In this document: one piece after another, positions 53,190-63,835 of the stretch
Position numbering within the stretch: position 1 is the first letter of the stretch
Layout: each line of letters opens with the position of its first letter
Assembly (NCBI GenBank): GCA_000004985.1
Contig: GG738869.1
Origin: Naegleria gruberi
Taxonomy: Eukaryota
Strand: one strand, 5' to 3'
Length of the DNA: 64,000 nucleotides
Program-made: the position numbers and the translations under genes
Notes under the pieces: generated by a model
What the model was told of the DNA's origin: nothing
Seen by the model: the letters and a program-made list of their open reading frames with translations, nothing else
Databases searched by the model: none

Positions 53190-53495
53190 TTTTTTTGTAA
53201 ACTTTTTCTGAGAGAAACGATAGACTTTGAGAATGTGGAAAATTTTCTCCACTTTTATTGGATACTATTGCAAACTCTCAAATTACAGTAACTCCTCCAA
53301 ATGAATAATTTACTTTCCAATAATTATAGATTATTAGAATTGATAACAAGATGGAATTATAGAACTATAGCAGGTGAAACAAATTTCAAATCAACACATC
53401 CTTTGCCTCCCAACTACTGATTTTCAATATTGTAAATAAACTTTTAGAAACTTTTCTCAAATTAAATAATTTTAGTTTTTAGTAAACAAAAAAAA

Positions 53496-54431
53496 ATGTC
53501 TCGAGTTGTTGTGGAACTTGTTGATTTAAATGTCGTTGAAAATTCATCATCAGATCATATTATTTATTTAATTAATTTATTGAAGAGATCATTTACAAAA
53601 AAACAACATCAATTTTCGTTGAATTTTAACATGATTGGTCAATTTGATCAACTTTCTCCACAAGATCCTGTCTTTGATATTGCCATTTCCAAAAAGTATG
53701 ACACTATACTCATTCCACAGAAGGTTGGTATATCAATTTATAATAGACCAAGTAGTAGGGAAACTTTCCATCTCGAGCAATTATTCAAAGTAGAGAAACC
53801 CAATACTGAGCTTCGTTGTATGAAATTGGTTGATGAGCAAGGAGAGGAATTTATCTATGCAACAGATTACTCAAACGCTGTTGTTAAATTTAGTGTTTCG
53901 GATATTATGATACGAAAAGTTTTTTCAATTATTTGGCAATCTGAACCATTTTCTAATTTGTGGGGATTGGATGTTTTGAATGGAAAAGTTTATGCAGTTG
54001 ACAATATGACATCAGTTAAAATTTTGGATTGCAAAAGTGGTGCAACTATTTCAGAAAATGCTCCAAACGTAGCAGAAGGATACGGTATTCATTTCTTGTC
54101 AGAGAAACAAGCAGTTATAAGCAACTCAAAGAAAGTGGAAATATTCGAAAGGGACAAATTTGGTAATTGGAATTCCATCAAACAAACTCAATTTCCAATG
54201 GAAGCTGCCTATGCAATTTTCTGTGAAGAATCATCCGGATTAATCTATGTTTGTGAGGATTCTCAATTACATGGATTGAATATTCATGTGGTAAGACAGA
54301 ATGATTTGACATTGGTGAAATCATTTCCAATTCCTTCCTTGCATTTTGGTGTTATGGTGGACGATAAAAGTGGATTGCTATATGTGTGCCATTATGAAAG
54401 TTCGAAAATGAAGGTTAATGTTTATGAATAA
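53496..54431 (+). CDS. Hypothetical protein (311 aa), possibly beta-propeller
   Basis: ATG at 53496, uninterrupted ORF. No family call. Confidence 0.5.
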   Translation: MSRVVVELVDLNVVENSSSDHIIYLINLLKRSFTKKQHQFSLNFNMIGQFDQLSPQDPVFDIAISKKYDTILIPQKVGISIYNRPSSRETFHLEQLFKVEKPNTELRCMKLVDEQGEEFIYATDYSNAVVKFSVSDIMIRKVFSIIWQSEPFSNLWGLDVLNGKVYAVDNMTSVKILDCKSGATISENAPNVAEGYGIHFLSEKQAVISNSKKVEIFERDKFGNWNSIKQTQFPMEAAYAIFCEESSGLIYVCEDSQLHGLNIHVVRQNDLTLVKSFPIPSLHFGVMVDDKSGLLYVCHYESSKMKVNVYE

Positions 54432-55046
54432 TTATTGAAATAAGTGGATTTTAATTGACATTCAAATATTTGAAATATGAATAATCACGTTTTAGATAAA
54501 AAAACAGTCAAGAGCTAGTTCTTCACTTTCTGATAAGCAAAAATCGTGACTAGTTACATTTCCGTAATGGTAGGTCCATATTTCACTGGAATACTTGTGA
54601 ATTTTATTCTTAACTTTACGAATACCGGTCAAATTGCTGAGTGGAACAGAAAATCCTTGATTGGTCTTAATGATCTAAGGAATAACGCATTGTCCAACTT
54701 TGCACTTCCTTTATCCCTCACCAGTTGAGACTCTGTATGCATTTGATATATCTAAATTCAATCATGAATGAAGAGAGGAAGAAATATCAATGATGGTTAA
54801 ATCAAGGTTGCCATCAGCACTAGGAAATTTACCAACTTGTGAAATTTCACATTTCTCTTAATGTAGGGATCTCGGCACTCCTCTAACTTTGCGCTTTTTT
54901 AAATTGTTGTCGCGATATTTCCATATAAGAAAAGAATGATAATTTCAGCCTTATTACAATTTGAATCTAGTACACGTTGCAGTACAACACTTCATTAAAT
55001 TAGAATCAATACCATTCACATTTAATTTAATAATTAAAATAAATAA

Positions 55047-56533
55047 TTATTGAGATTGTTTTACAGCTCTTACAGTTTGAGCTAATCTTTTCATCTCACT
55101 TAATTGATTAGAACATGATTTGATAATACTATTCTGTCTATCAAAAATTCCTCTCAAAGTCATATCACGAGCTGGTGGCAATGGTTGTGAATATTCGGTA
55201 ACAATTGTTGGTTGAGGCTCAAATGTATTGAAATGTTGAGAAAAGTAGGATGGTTCAGTGGTGATGGTTGGTTTATCATCCAATTCAATATCATTTGATT
55301 GTGGAATTGATTGTGACTCAAATGAAATTAAATCAACATTTGATTGGGCTTCACTTGGAGCTTGTGAAATGGCATCATCATTATCAATGACATCAAATTC
55401 TTCATCTTCAAAATTTACATCACCTTCCAATTTTCTCTTACTCAACATTAATTCATATTCACCCAAAAGTTTACTGTAAATTCCACCAATAACCATGGAA
55501 GGCAAAGCAACAATCACAATACCAGACAAGATGGTCATGATAGCAATAATTCTTCCCAAAACTAAGAGTTTGGTTCTTAATAAATGTTAAATTAATGAAT
55601 TAACATACCTGTAACTGGAGCCATGTCACCATAACCAACTGTAGCAATGGTAACAACGCTGTACCACATACAAATTAAAATATTTGAAAATGGTGAAGGT
55701 GTACCATCTGGTCTTAACCATTGTCCAGATTTGAGATCATATTTTCCACGTTCAGCATAATAAACAAGAGTACTACAAATAAGAGCACCCATAAATATTA
55801 AAACAGAGATTGATAAGAGCATATCCATAGATCTTCTCAATGAAACAATAAGCAATTGAAATTTAGCAGAATATCTTGTCAATTTGATAAGTTTTAAAAG
55901 TTTTAAAACTCTGAAAATTGTCAAAACTTGAAGATTGACATTTAACCAAGTACTGGCATCTGCCATATAAATTATTAAATCAAAGTAAAATGGAACGAAA
56001 CTAGCAATATCAATTAAATTGGCAGGAGCTTTAACAAAATGTCTAAAATCACCCCAAGTATTTACATAAGCAGCCATTCTTGCAAAATATTCAAGCATGA
56101 AACAAACTGATAAAAATCCAGTAATAAGCAGCCACATGATTTCGAATGGGAAAAAGAATGGAAAAGATCTCAAAATTAAACATAGGGTTTGAATAACAGT
56201 CATGAGTGACGTTATCACTGTAATGATCATGGCTACATATGATGATCTAGGATGTTCCAATAATAAATATAATTTTTGTTTCCATGTTCTTTCCTTATTA
56301 CTTTGTGGAATACTCTTGATAATATTAATAGTTCTTCTACTTCGGAATAGTCTTGAATTTTCAATTACTTCCAATGTTTTCTTTTTTTCCTTTTCCTCTA
56401 ACTTGAGTTTTGCTTTGATTTCTTTTAAAGTGGTTGGTGGTTGTTGTTCGATAGCTTCCTTTTCATGCTGTGATGATGAGGAAGGCGATGCGGGTGTTGC
56501 TGTTGTTGTAGGTGTTGGCGTTGTTGTACTCAT
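55047..56533 (-). CDS. Voltage-gated K+ channel alpha subunit (6-TM, Shaker-like); join(55047..55561,55609..56533)
   Basis: S4 voltage sensor 'RVLKLLKLIKLTRYSAKFQ' has basic residues at every third position. Selectivity filter 'TVGYGD'. S6 'GRIIAIMTILSGIVIVALP'. A 47-nt GTATGT...CTTAG intron (55562..55608) splits 'APVT|VLGRII'. Total length is 1440 nt, in frame. Confidence 0.85.
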
Positions 56534-56783
56534 TTTTTTAATATTTTAATCATTTGTAAAAATTATTAGATAATAAATATTAATTTGTTTTCATAAACAT
56601 TTCTGTTACTGCTTCCAAATCGAGATTATCCATGGAAATAGATGGAAGAAAGTCTTTGAGTGACCAATTCTTGCAGATCCAATAAACATGTCCTTCTTCA
56701 AACGATGGTGAAATCTTTAGGTTAAAAAAGATGACAATAATTTATGAATTAATTTTTTTTTATATTTTAAAAAGGAGAATAGC

Positions 56784-57487
56784 TTATTTCTTGGACTTCT
56801 TTTGTTGGATTCTCTTCAAGTAGAAAGCCAATTCAGCACCTTCCAAGACAATACCGTCAGCACGACCAACTTGACCTGGTCTAGATCTAATTCTAGCCAA
56901 CAATCTACCAGTGGACAATTGTTCCTTGAGGAGAGGATCAACTTCTGGAGCCTTCTTTCTATTTTCCAAAACCTTAGCCTTGGTCTTTTCGTCCATCTTT
57001 TCCAAGAGGTCTTCCTTCTTCTTACCCAAGGAGATACCGTAGGTCTTTTCGTAGAATTGCTTGAATGGAGAAGCATCAACCAAAACAACAGCACCCTTGA
57101 CGATAGCCTTAGTTCTGACCAATTCGTTGTTAGTGGCGTTGTAAACAACGTCCATGATTCTGGTTGGAGTAGACATAGCTTCAGAACCCCAAGCGAAGTT
57201 ACCGCTGTTCAATCTGAGGGCTCTAACCTTGTAGTTACCACCTCTAACTCTGACCATGGAGATCTTAGTCTTACCCATCTTGGTGTTAGCAGCAGCTCTA
57301 CCCAATTCGAACTTTCTCTTCTTTCTGTGGATCTTTCTCTTACCACCGGTAACACGCTTCTTATGGAGATCGCTCTTGGTAATACCTGGTTATTGATAAA
57401 TAGTAATGCGATGTTAAAATTGTTTATATGTTGTTGCCAGCAACAGTTGTTATTAATATTAGTAGCGAACCTCATCTACGTACCCAT
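56784..57487 (-). CDS. RPS8: 40S ribosomal protein S8 (eS8); join(56784..57385,57484..57487)
   Basis: 'MGITKSDLHKKRVTGGKRK...ISMVRVRGGNYKVRALRLNSGNFAWGSE...VRTKAIVKGAVVLVD' matches eS8 throughout. Exon 1 is only ATGG. A 98-nt GTACGT...CCAG intron (57386..57483) follows. Yeast-like codon bias (AAG/GGT/AGA). Confidence 0.85.
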
Positions 57488-57764
57488 TTTGACTTTGATG
57501 TATTTTTTTTCAACAAATTTTTGGTTAACTAGCAAAGAAGTTTTTTACAACCAAAACCTTCAATAAAAATTTCTCAGCTGTTCGAAAAAAGACAAGTCTG
57601 CTTCAACAAAACACTTCCCAACACCATCAGTGCATGTCTTTGAGCAAACTATCAACAGATCACATGCATCAATATTGTACTACTGGATTGACATAGTATT
57701 CACCTTCGTCTATGCAATGAAAGTATCTTCTCTTTAAAAAAGTCTTTAAATTACAACAAAAAAT

Positions 57765-58458
57765 ATGAGCAGCACCATCTTCTCCGAATCATCACCATAT
57801 TTTAAATCACTCTTCCATTCATTTAAATTCCCATTTGCACCAATTAATGGTGTTTTTATCGGAAAGAGAAAGGATGATAAAACTGTGGAAATTACCGATT
57901 GTGTTCCTCTCTGTCACTCTACTTCATCAATATGTACCACTCCTTTGGTGGAAATGGCTCTTATTCAAATTGATAGAATTATTGGAGATGATTTAACAAT
58001 TGTTGGATATTATTTTGGTACTGATTATGCTGAATTGTCATCAGATTTTACCGTACCATCAATTCATACTTCAATCTTTACTAAAATTTCTGAAAATTTC
58101 CCTGGAGCTTTACTTTGGATGGTATGTGTGTTTTATAATTTTCAAAATTCAAATTATTGGATTTAATATTATTATGTCTTTTGGATTTGACAATTTACAT
58201 CAATGACATTATAATGATGACAAATAGCTTGAAGATAAGAAACTCAATCAACTTTCTAAATCTATGGTATTCAAGACTTATCAATTAAAATCAAGCAAAT
58301 TAGTACCATGTGATTGTGATATTAAGGGTTTACAAGAATCAGATTTCCAAACACTTGCTGATCACTTAGAAAAGTCAACCTTTGATTCTCTTGTCGATTT
58401 TGAAATACACACAGACAATCCTTCACTTGACTATTTCAATAAATCCTTAAAATTGTAA
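57765..58458 (+). CDS. ER membrane protein complex subunit 8/9 (EMC8/EMC9, UPF0172); join(57765..58121,58228..58458)
   Basis: 'SSPYFKSLFHSFKFPFAPINGVFIGK' matches the EMC8/9 N-terminal signature (AY.K..LH..KYP...VNG.L.G). Intron GTATGT...AATAG is 58122..58227 (106 nt). The C-terminal 'LADHLEKSTFDSLVDFEIHTDNP' is like the EMC8 tail. Confidence 0.65.
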
Positions 58459-58587
58459 ATTTATATTAAAATAATACCAATTTAATACTTTTTATTGACA
58501 AAGACCAAATAATGTGGTGAGAGAAAATGTGATGTGATAAAATTCGCAAAGTTGTGTTGATAAATATTACTAAATCAATTAAAGAAA

Positions 58588-58992
58588 TTAATGTTTTCTA
58601 ATATATCTAACTCCGCAATATTTGCAACGTTCAGGGGTAGTGTGGTTAATTCTAATGTATTCTGTTGGGTGACCCATTCCGTTTGAGTGGAATCCATTAC
58701 AAACAGCTGTTTCACCATCAATTTCGATTGGTGGAAGAGAGTCCAAATCCAAACCTTCAATAGATTCAGCAAAGTGTTCATCAATCATTTTCCAATGTTG
58801 TTCAGAAGCAGCATCTAATTTATAAGATTCTTCTTCAGCAGTATTGTGAATATATGCAGAGTTACCATGACCACCACTTCTGCTCACGGAAGATGAAGAA
58901 AATGAGCGAATCAATGGTACAGAAGGAAATAAGTTATTGTTGTTTTTGACGATGGAAGATACAATACGGGAGGTTCTTTGAAGAGAAAACAT
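58588..58992 (-). CDS. NDUFS6: NADH dehydrogenase [ubiquinone] Fe-S protein 6 (NDUFS6, complex I 13 kDa-A zinc-finger subunit) with mitochondrial presequence
   Basis: The C-terminus 'PPIEIDGETAVCNGFHSNGMGHPTEYIRINHTTPERCKYCGVRYIRKH' matches the NDUFS6 zf-CHCC module (compare '[20 protein letters not shown]...CGYCGLQF'). The first ATG is at 58992 (MFSLQRTSRIVSS...), giving an Arg/Ser-rich presequence. The track start at 59046 is TTG. Confidence 0.75.
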   Translation of the reverse strand: MFSLQRTSRIVSSIVKNNNNLFPSVPLIRSFSSSSVSRSGGHGNSAYIHNTAEEESYKLDAASEQHWKMIDEHFAESIEGLDLDSLPPIEIDGETAVCNGFHSNGMGHPTEYIRINHTTPERCKYCGVRYIRKH

Positions 58993-59446
58993 TTTTTTGT
59001 TTTTTAATATTTTTAAAAAATTTAAAATGATGGTTTTCTTGGCCAAAGCTTGCTTTCGATAAATATTGAAAACTCAGCAAAGATTGAATGATGACAATAA
59101 GCAAAGATATTATTCAAACTTAACGAATAGAATGAAGTTTTATTTAAGAAGTAGTATTATTTTTGAAATGGCGAAAATCCAATCCGCTTCGGATGAGTTC
59201 TATGTCATTTCGTGCCATTTCGTTCCATTAATATGATGAAATCTTAATACACAAAAACTGTAAAGAGAATAGTGGATAACTATCCAATAAACAAATCGCT
59301 ACTTTTTAAAACCCAATCACTATAATTGTAAATGACAAGGATCCCTCCAACGTTCTATTAGCTTGGAATAAATTTTGCATACGTCCTCTTCTTTCTATCA
59401 ATTTGCTTTGTAGAAACAAAATTCTAAATTTATAACAGTCAAAAAA

Positions 59447-60152
59447 ATGCAATCATCTCTCCGTGCCTTTAAGTCCCTCTCGAGAAGCAGAAGCTCCTCC
59501 ACCCTCTCATCATCCAGTAAGTTTAAAGTTTTATGGAGCGGATTTTAATCCTTGTATATTGTTTTGTTTTGTATAATTTTCTCTCCACTCTAAAATTTAA
59601 TCATGAATTTTCTCTTTAGTAAAACACAATAGAAATGCCAGTATTTTGGACCAGTCCATTAACCAAGTACGAAATAGACAAAAACTTCTCATCATTGAAC
59701 ATCCGAACCAAGAAAGAGTATTTTTCATTCCTACTTGCAGTAACGGAAATACAATTTCAATGAATTTGCTCATGTCTGATATCCAAGAGTCATTGCTGGA
59801 TCATGATCTTTTCAGACATCCTCATACCACTAGTGGTGGATTTTCAGAAAAGGTTCACCTCATGTATCCAAAAGAACATCACAAACGTGTTGTTAATATC
59901 CTTTCTCAAAGATCATTCAAAGATGAATCTAAGGACCCACTTGACGCCTTGTATCATCAAGCAGACTCCAATGTTAACCCAGTAACAAAAAACAAACAAC
60001 TCATCAAGATGGAATACATAATACCACGTAAAGAAGTGTCTCCAAAGAAATCAACTCAATCAAAATCATCCTCCCTCAAGTCAAGCTCTCCATCTAAAGT
60101 TTCATTGAATAGACAAACTACAAGTGAACCTTCAGGTGAAGAAAATCAATAA
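59447..60152 (+). CDS. Hypothetical protein with Arg/Ser-rich N-terminal presequence-like exon; join(59447..59517,59633..60152)
   Basis: Exon 1 'MQSSLRAFKSLSRSRSSSTLSSS' ends at a GTAAGT donor. The 115-nt intron ends CACAATAG and joins in frame to the ORF whose track start (59646) is TTG. Total length is 591 nt, in frame. Confidence 0.5.
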
Positions 60153-60345
60153 TTTCTAACTTTTGACACATTGTGTCTGTATCTTGTAAATTTTCAATTA
60201 TGTGTGGGTTTGTACAGTTTGCTCACATGAACAATCCGCGGTATCTTGTACAAAAATTGAACGTTAAGTTAAATAAAGTTTTTATTCTCTTCCAATATTA
60301 CAAATGTTACAACCCTAAATAATATTATTCAAAGGGCAATTCTAT

Positions 60346-60915
60346 TTACTTTTTGAAAACAACCTTTCCATCGACAATCTTCCATTCCATTTCCTTCAAA
60401 TAGTCTACTTCAGTAACTTGATCGAAACTCAACTTCTTTCTAAGAGGAGTATCCAACCAGAATGGCGACAAGGTTTCTCTAACAGAATTCCATTGAGAGA
60501 AAACTGCCTTCATATCAACTGGAGTAGCACTAGTATCAGCCAACAATGGTGAAGCAGATGTATCTTTAGCGTGATTGAACTATAAAAATCCAAACAATAA
60601 TAATAACAACAATAAATTCAACAATGTTCCAATTCATCCATAATAAATAAACAAGAATAAATTATATCAATATCATATTATCACAAAGTTCCGCAAACAA
60701 GTTTTAATTATCATCACACCATCATAAATCCATCATCAAAAAATTTTAATCATCACACAATTTCCAAATATTTAAATATTTTACTACTTATCCAATATAC
60801 GTACCAAGTAAGCAATACCAAAAACTGGAACGAAAATCAACACTAACTTGTTTACCTTGGCAAGGATTTGATTGGCAGTAAAAGGACCGAGAGAGGCAGA
60901 AGGGCGGATTGGCAT
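60346..60915 (-). CDS. Small hypothetical protein (~97 aa); tentative join(60346..60579,60856..60915)
   Basis: Exon 1 'MPIRPSASLGPFTANQILAK' ends with a GTAAAC donor, phase 0. A 276-nt intron ends TTTTATAG. Exon 2 'FNHAKDTSASPLLADTSATPVDMKAVFSQW...KIVDGKVVFKK' has a TTG track start. An alternative with an internal micro-exon cannot be excluded. Confidence 0.35.
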
Positions 60916-61037
60916 TTTTTTTAAACTTGAAGTTTTATTTTTTTAAATGCATTCGGCTTATTCAAAATCTGAGAGAATTGAGGCGAATCGATTGTTATTG
61001 GAATTGAAACAGTTTGATTGGGAAATTGTTTGGAAAT

Positions 61038-62228
61038 TTATTTAAAAACAAGAACAGTTTCATAGGAAATATCTGGAATTCTATTGGTAAGAAGTAATTG
61101 TCCAGTAGTTGAGTTGATTGTGAGGTCCATGTATGTTCCTTGGAATTTGTGTTGATTTTTGGCCTTTCCAAGATTTGGAATAGTGTTACCATTAAACATT
61201 GTTTCTGATCCATCTGGATGTACAATAACAATTGCATTACTTTCACAAGTGTTCATATTTCTATAACCTGCATAGATACAATTACTATTCTTGTCAAACT
61301 TCAATGATTCAATAGCACCAAGCTTTGGCAATTGTTGAGTACCAACAACTTTTCCATTTGGCTTCAAGATGGTCAACTCACTTGTGTATGAATTGGAAAG
61401 GCAAATATTACCATCCTTATTCAAACAGATGCAACTAACTTTCTGAGCTACACAATAGCCACTCATATCTTGACCAACATTGGCAAGAACTTTACCATTT
61501 GAACTATCAACTACACATACAGAAGGTTGTTGAATTCCAGAATAGAGAGAATCTCTTGCACAGTAAATTTTACCATTCTCATCAATGGTGCAATCTTTCA
61601 TATCTGAATCCAATGTTACTGCCCATTTTCTTTGTCTTCCATCGATGGATATCTTGTGAAGCTTGGTTTTCTGAAGAACAATAATACCATCACCTTTTGG
61701 ATCGACTTCCAAAGCATCGATTGCAAAGTCCAATTCTTTCAATTCGAAATTGTAAAGGAAATCCAAGGTTGTGGCATTGAACACAAAAATTCTAATAATG
61801 TGTCTATTCTCAGCTACAAAGATGAGGTTATTTTGTCTGTCGTAGGCAATTTTCTGTGGTTGTTGCATGGTAAGATTGAAATCTTCACGATCACCCAAAC
61901 ATTCAACAAAATCAAAATCTCCAGAGAAGTCAATTGGGTCTTTTGAGAGATGTTCAGTAGTTTTAACAAACTTTCTCTTGGTCATGGTTGAAGAGCTACT
62001 TGAGGTTGAAGTGCTTGATTGACTGGTCTCGTAGTCATCTTTATAAGATGGTTTTTCATCTCTTCCACGATTGTTACTTCTGACATTTGGAAGCAAATTC
62101 TTGATACGGCTTGCAGAACGAAGAATATTCTCAACATTGTTTAGAATTGAAGACATTTTGTTTTTTAGTGTTTTGATTATCATAGTTTGACCATTTTCTC
62201 TTTTTAAAATGTTTGATCTTAATGTCAT
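61038..62228 (-). CDS. NHL-repeat beta-propeller protein with Ser-rich N-terminus
   Basis: NHL-type blades ('NGKIYCARDSLYSGIQQPSVCVVDSSNGKVLANVG', 'DGNICLSNSYTSELTILKPNGKVVG'). ATG at 62228. Confidence 0.6.
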   Translation of the reverse strand: MTLRSNILKRENGQTMIIKTLKNKMSSILNNVENILRSASRIKNLLPNVRSNNRGRDEKPSYKDDYETSQSSTSTSSSSSTMTKRKFVKTTEHLSKDPIDFSGDFDFVECLGDREDFNLTMQQPQKIAYDRQNNLIFVAENRHIIRIFVFNATTLDFLYNFELKELDFAIDALEVDPKGDGIIVLQKTKLHKISIDGRQRKWAVTLDSDMKDCTIDENGKIYCARDSLYSGIQQPSVCVVDSSNGKVLANVGQDMSGYCVAQKVSCICLNKDGNICLSNSYTSELTILKPNGKVVGTQQLPKLGAIESLKFDKNSNCIYAGYRNMNTCESNAIVIVHPDGSETMFNGNTIPNLGKAKNQHKFQGTYMDLTINSTTGQLLLTNRIPDISYETVLVFK

Positions 62229-62419
62229 CCATCAAGATAATTAAGAAATTCAAGGAACAGTTAGGAACTGAGTCATACATTAATAAATCTATTAGATCTG
62301 TATCAACCCCCTGGTCAAGAAACAATAGATCAACATGAAACGTTCAAAAGGAGTTAATCAAAGTTCTTTTGCTTTCATTCATTTGTCATTATTTGGATTT
62401 TCTTTATCAAGTTGTTTAT

Positions 62420-63835
62420 TTACACAAATGAAATATCAGAAAACTTGTTGTTCAAGCTGGAATACAACTTGTTGATGAATTTTTCATCTTTTCTCTTCAA
62501 ATTATTAGAAATGAAAGGTTGGGAGTTATTGGAAACAATTCTTTGCATGCACGATTGTACTTCTTCTTCATTGGTCGTATTACACACGTGATAATCAAAC
62601 TTGGAGTCTTTACAATATTGTTGGAATAGGTTTTCATACTCGTTAATGGTTGAATTGAGTACACTTCTTTCCAAATTAAGATTGGACATGGATTTCAATT
62701 CTTCTTTCATAGAATCACAAACTTGTCTTTGATAACGAGCTTCTACTGAGAGTTTTTCTTGGAGAATATCTGGTTTTGAAAAGATTACAACCTTTCTGCT
62801 ATTCTTCAATTGTTTCTTGGTCAATAATTCTTTAAAGGTCTTTAAGCTTTCGTCCATTCTATTGGTTTTGGAATCTTCTATGGATTGCTGATTGAATTCA
62901 GAGAGGGAAACAAAGAGTAACAAGACATTGGTTCCTTCCAAATCGAGTGAATTCCATCTTCTTCTTTCCATCTTCTTTCCTCCAGCTGTAACCAAATTCA
63001 ATTCATGACTAGTGGAAAATCTTCTAATGGTTTCTCTTTGTGTCGAATTCGTGCTATTATATAATTGATATTTACATTTTTGAAGGCAGAGTTTACCATT
63101 CTTGAATACTTGATTCATATTTTCTGTGAAATGCTTTGCATCCTTATTCTTTTCATAGTAAGATTTCAGGCAAGTTGACCAAATTCTTTCAAAATCTGTG
63201 ATAATTATTTGAATTTCATCATCTTTCGGGGAGCTAACATCTTCTGTTGATTCCTCCCCACCAAAGAGAATCTTATTTGTCATCTCTGAACATTCTGGCC
63301 ATCTCTCATGTCCATCTTGTCTGTAACTCTTTGCTATCTGACTCATATGTCTACACAAACACTCAAAGTGTTCAGAAGTCGACACAGCCTTTGAATTGCT
63401 CTGATATTGCTCTGTCAATGTATTTACAAACGTACTCTTTCCACTATCTGAACCCCCCAAACACAACACATTCATTCTCTTGTTATTCATCTGCTGTTCA
63501 GTAATAGCACTGGCAGCAGCAGTAGTAGCATCAACACTCTCAATATTTACACAGTTCAAATTATCTTCATCATAACCATCACGTTCCTTTTTCTTGTTAA
63601 CATCGGATTCAACATTCACTTCATTAAGAATGCAACAATCACAATCAGAATCCTTATCTTCTTTAGCGGTGATTGCTGTTGAGAGGGACTGAGAAACACA
63701 CTCTATTAAACTCATTTGTTTTGTTTTATATATTGAATTGTATCTCGAGTTCCTAAAGTATTTAAATGAATTGCAGAATTGGTCTCTTGCTTTTTTGTTG
63801 TCCACCTTATTTGGAATTTTTAAAAAGATGCGCAT
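62420..63835 (-). CDS. Heterotrimeric G-protein alpha-subunit-like protein (divergent; catalytic Gln replaced)
   Basis: P-loop 'NVLCLGGSDSGKSTFVNTL'. Switch I-II 'RRFSTSHELNLVTAGGKKMERRRWNSLDLEGTNVLLLFVSLSEFNQ' aligns to TTGI...DVGGQRSERKKW...FCVALSDYD. NKxD is replaced by 'VVIFSKPDIL'. G5-like 'VCNTTNEEEV'. ATG at 63835; an alternative start is at 63715 (MSLIEC). Confidence 0.7.
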   Translation of the reverse strand: MRIFLKIPNKVDNKKARDQFCNSFKYFRNSRYNSIYKTKQMSLIECVSQSLSTAITAKEDKDSDCDCCILNEVNVESDVNKKKERDGYDEDNLNCVNIESVDATTAAASAITEQQMNNKRMNVLCLGGSDSGKSTFVNTLTEQYQSNSKAVSTSEHFECLCRHMSQIAKSYRQDGHERWPECSEMTNKILFGGEESTEDVSSPKDDEIQIIITDFERIWSTCLKSYYEKNKDAKHFTENMNQVFKNGKLCLQKCKYQLYNSTNSTQRETIRRFSTSHELNLVTAGGKKMERRRWNSLDLEGTNVLLLFVSLSEFNQQSIEDSKTNRMDESLKTFKELLTKKQLKNSRKVVIFSKPDILQEKLSVEARYQRQVCDSMKEELKSMSNLNLERSVLNSTINEYENLFQQYCKDSKFDYHVCNTTNEEEVQSCMQRIVSNNSQPFISNNLKRKDEKFINKLYSSLNNKFSDISFV

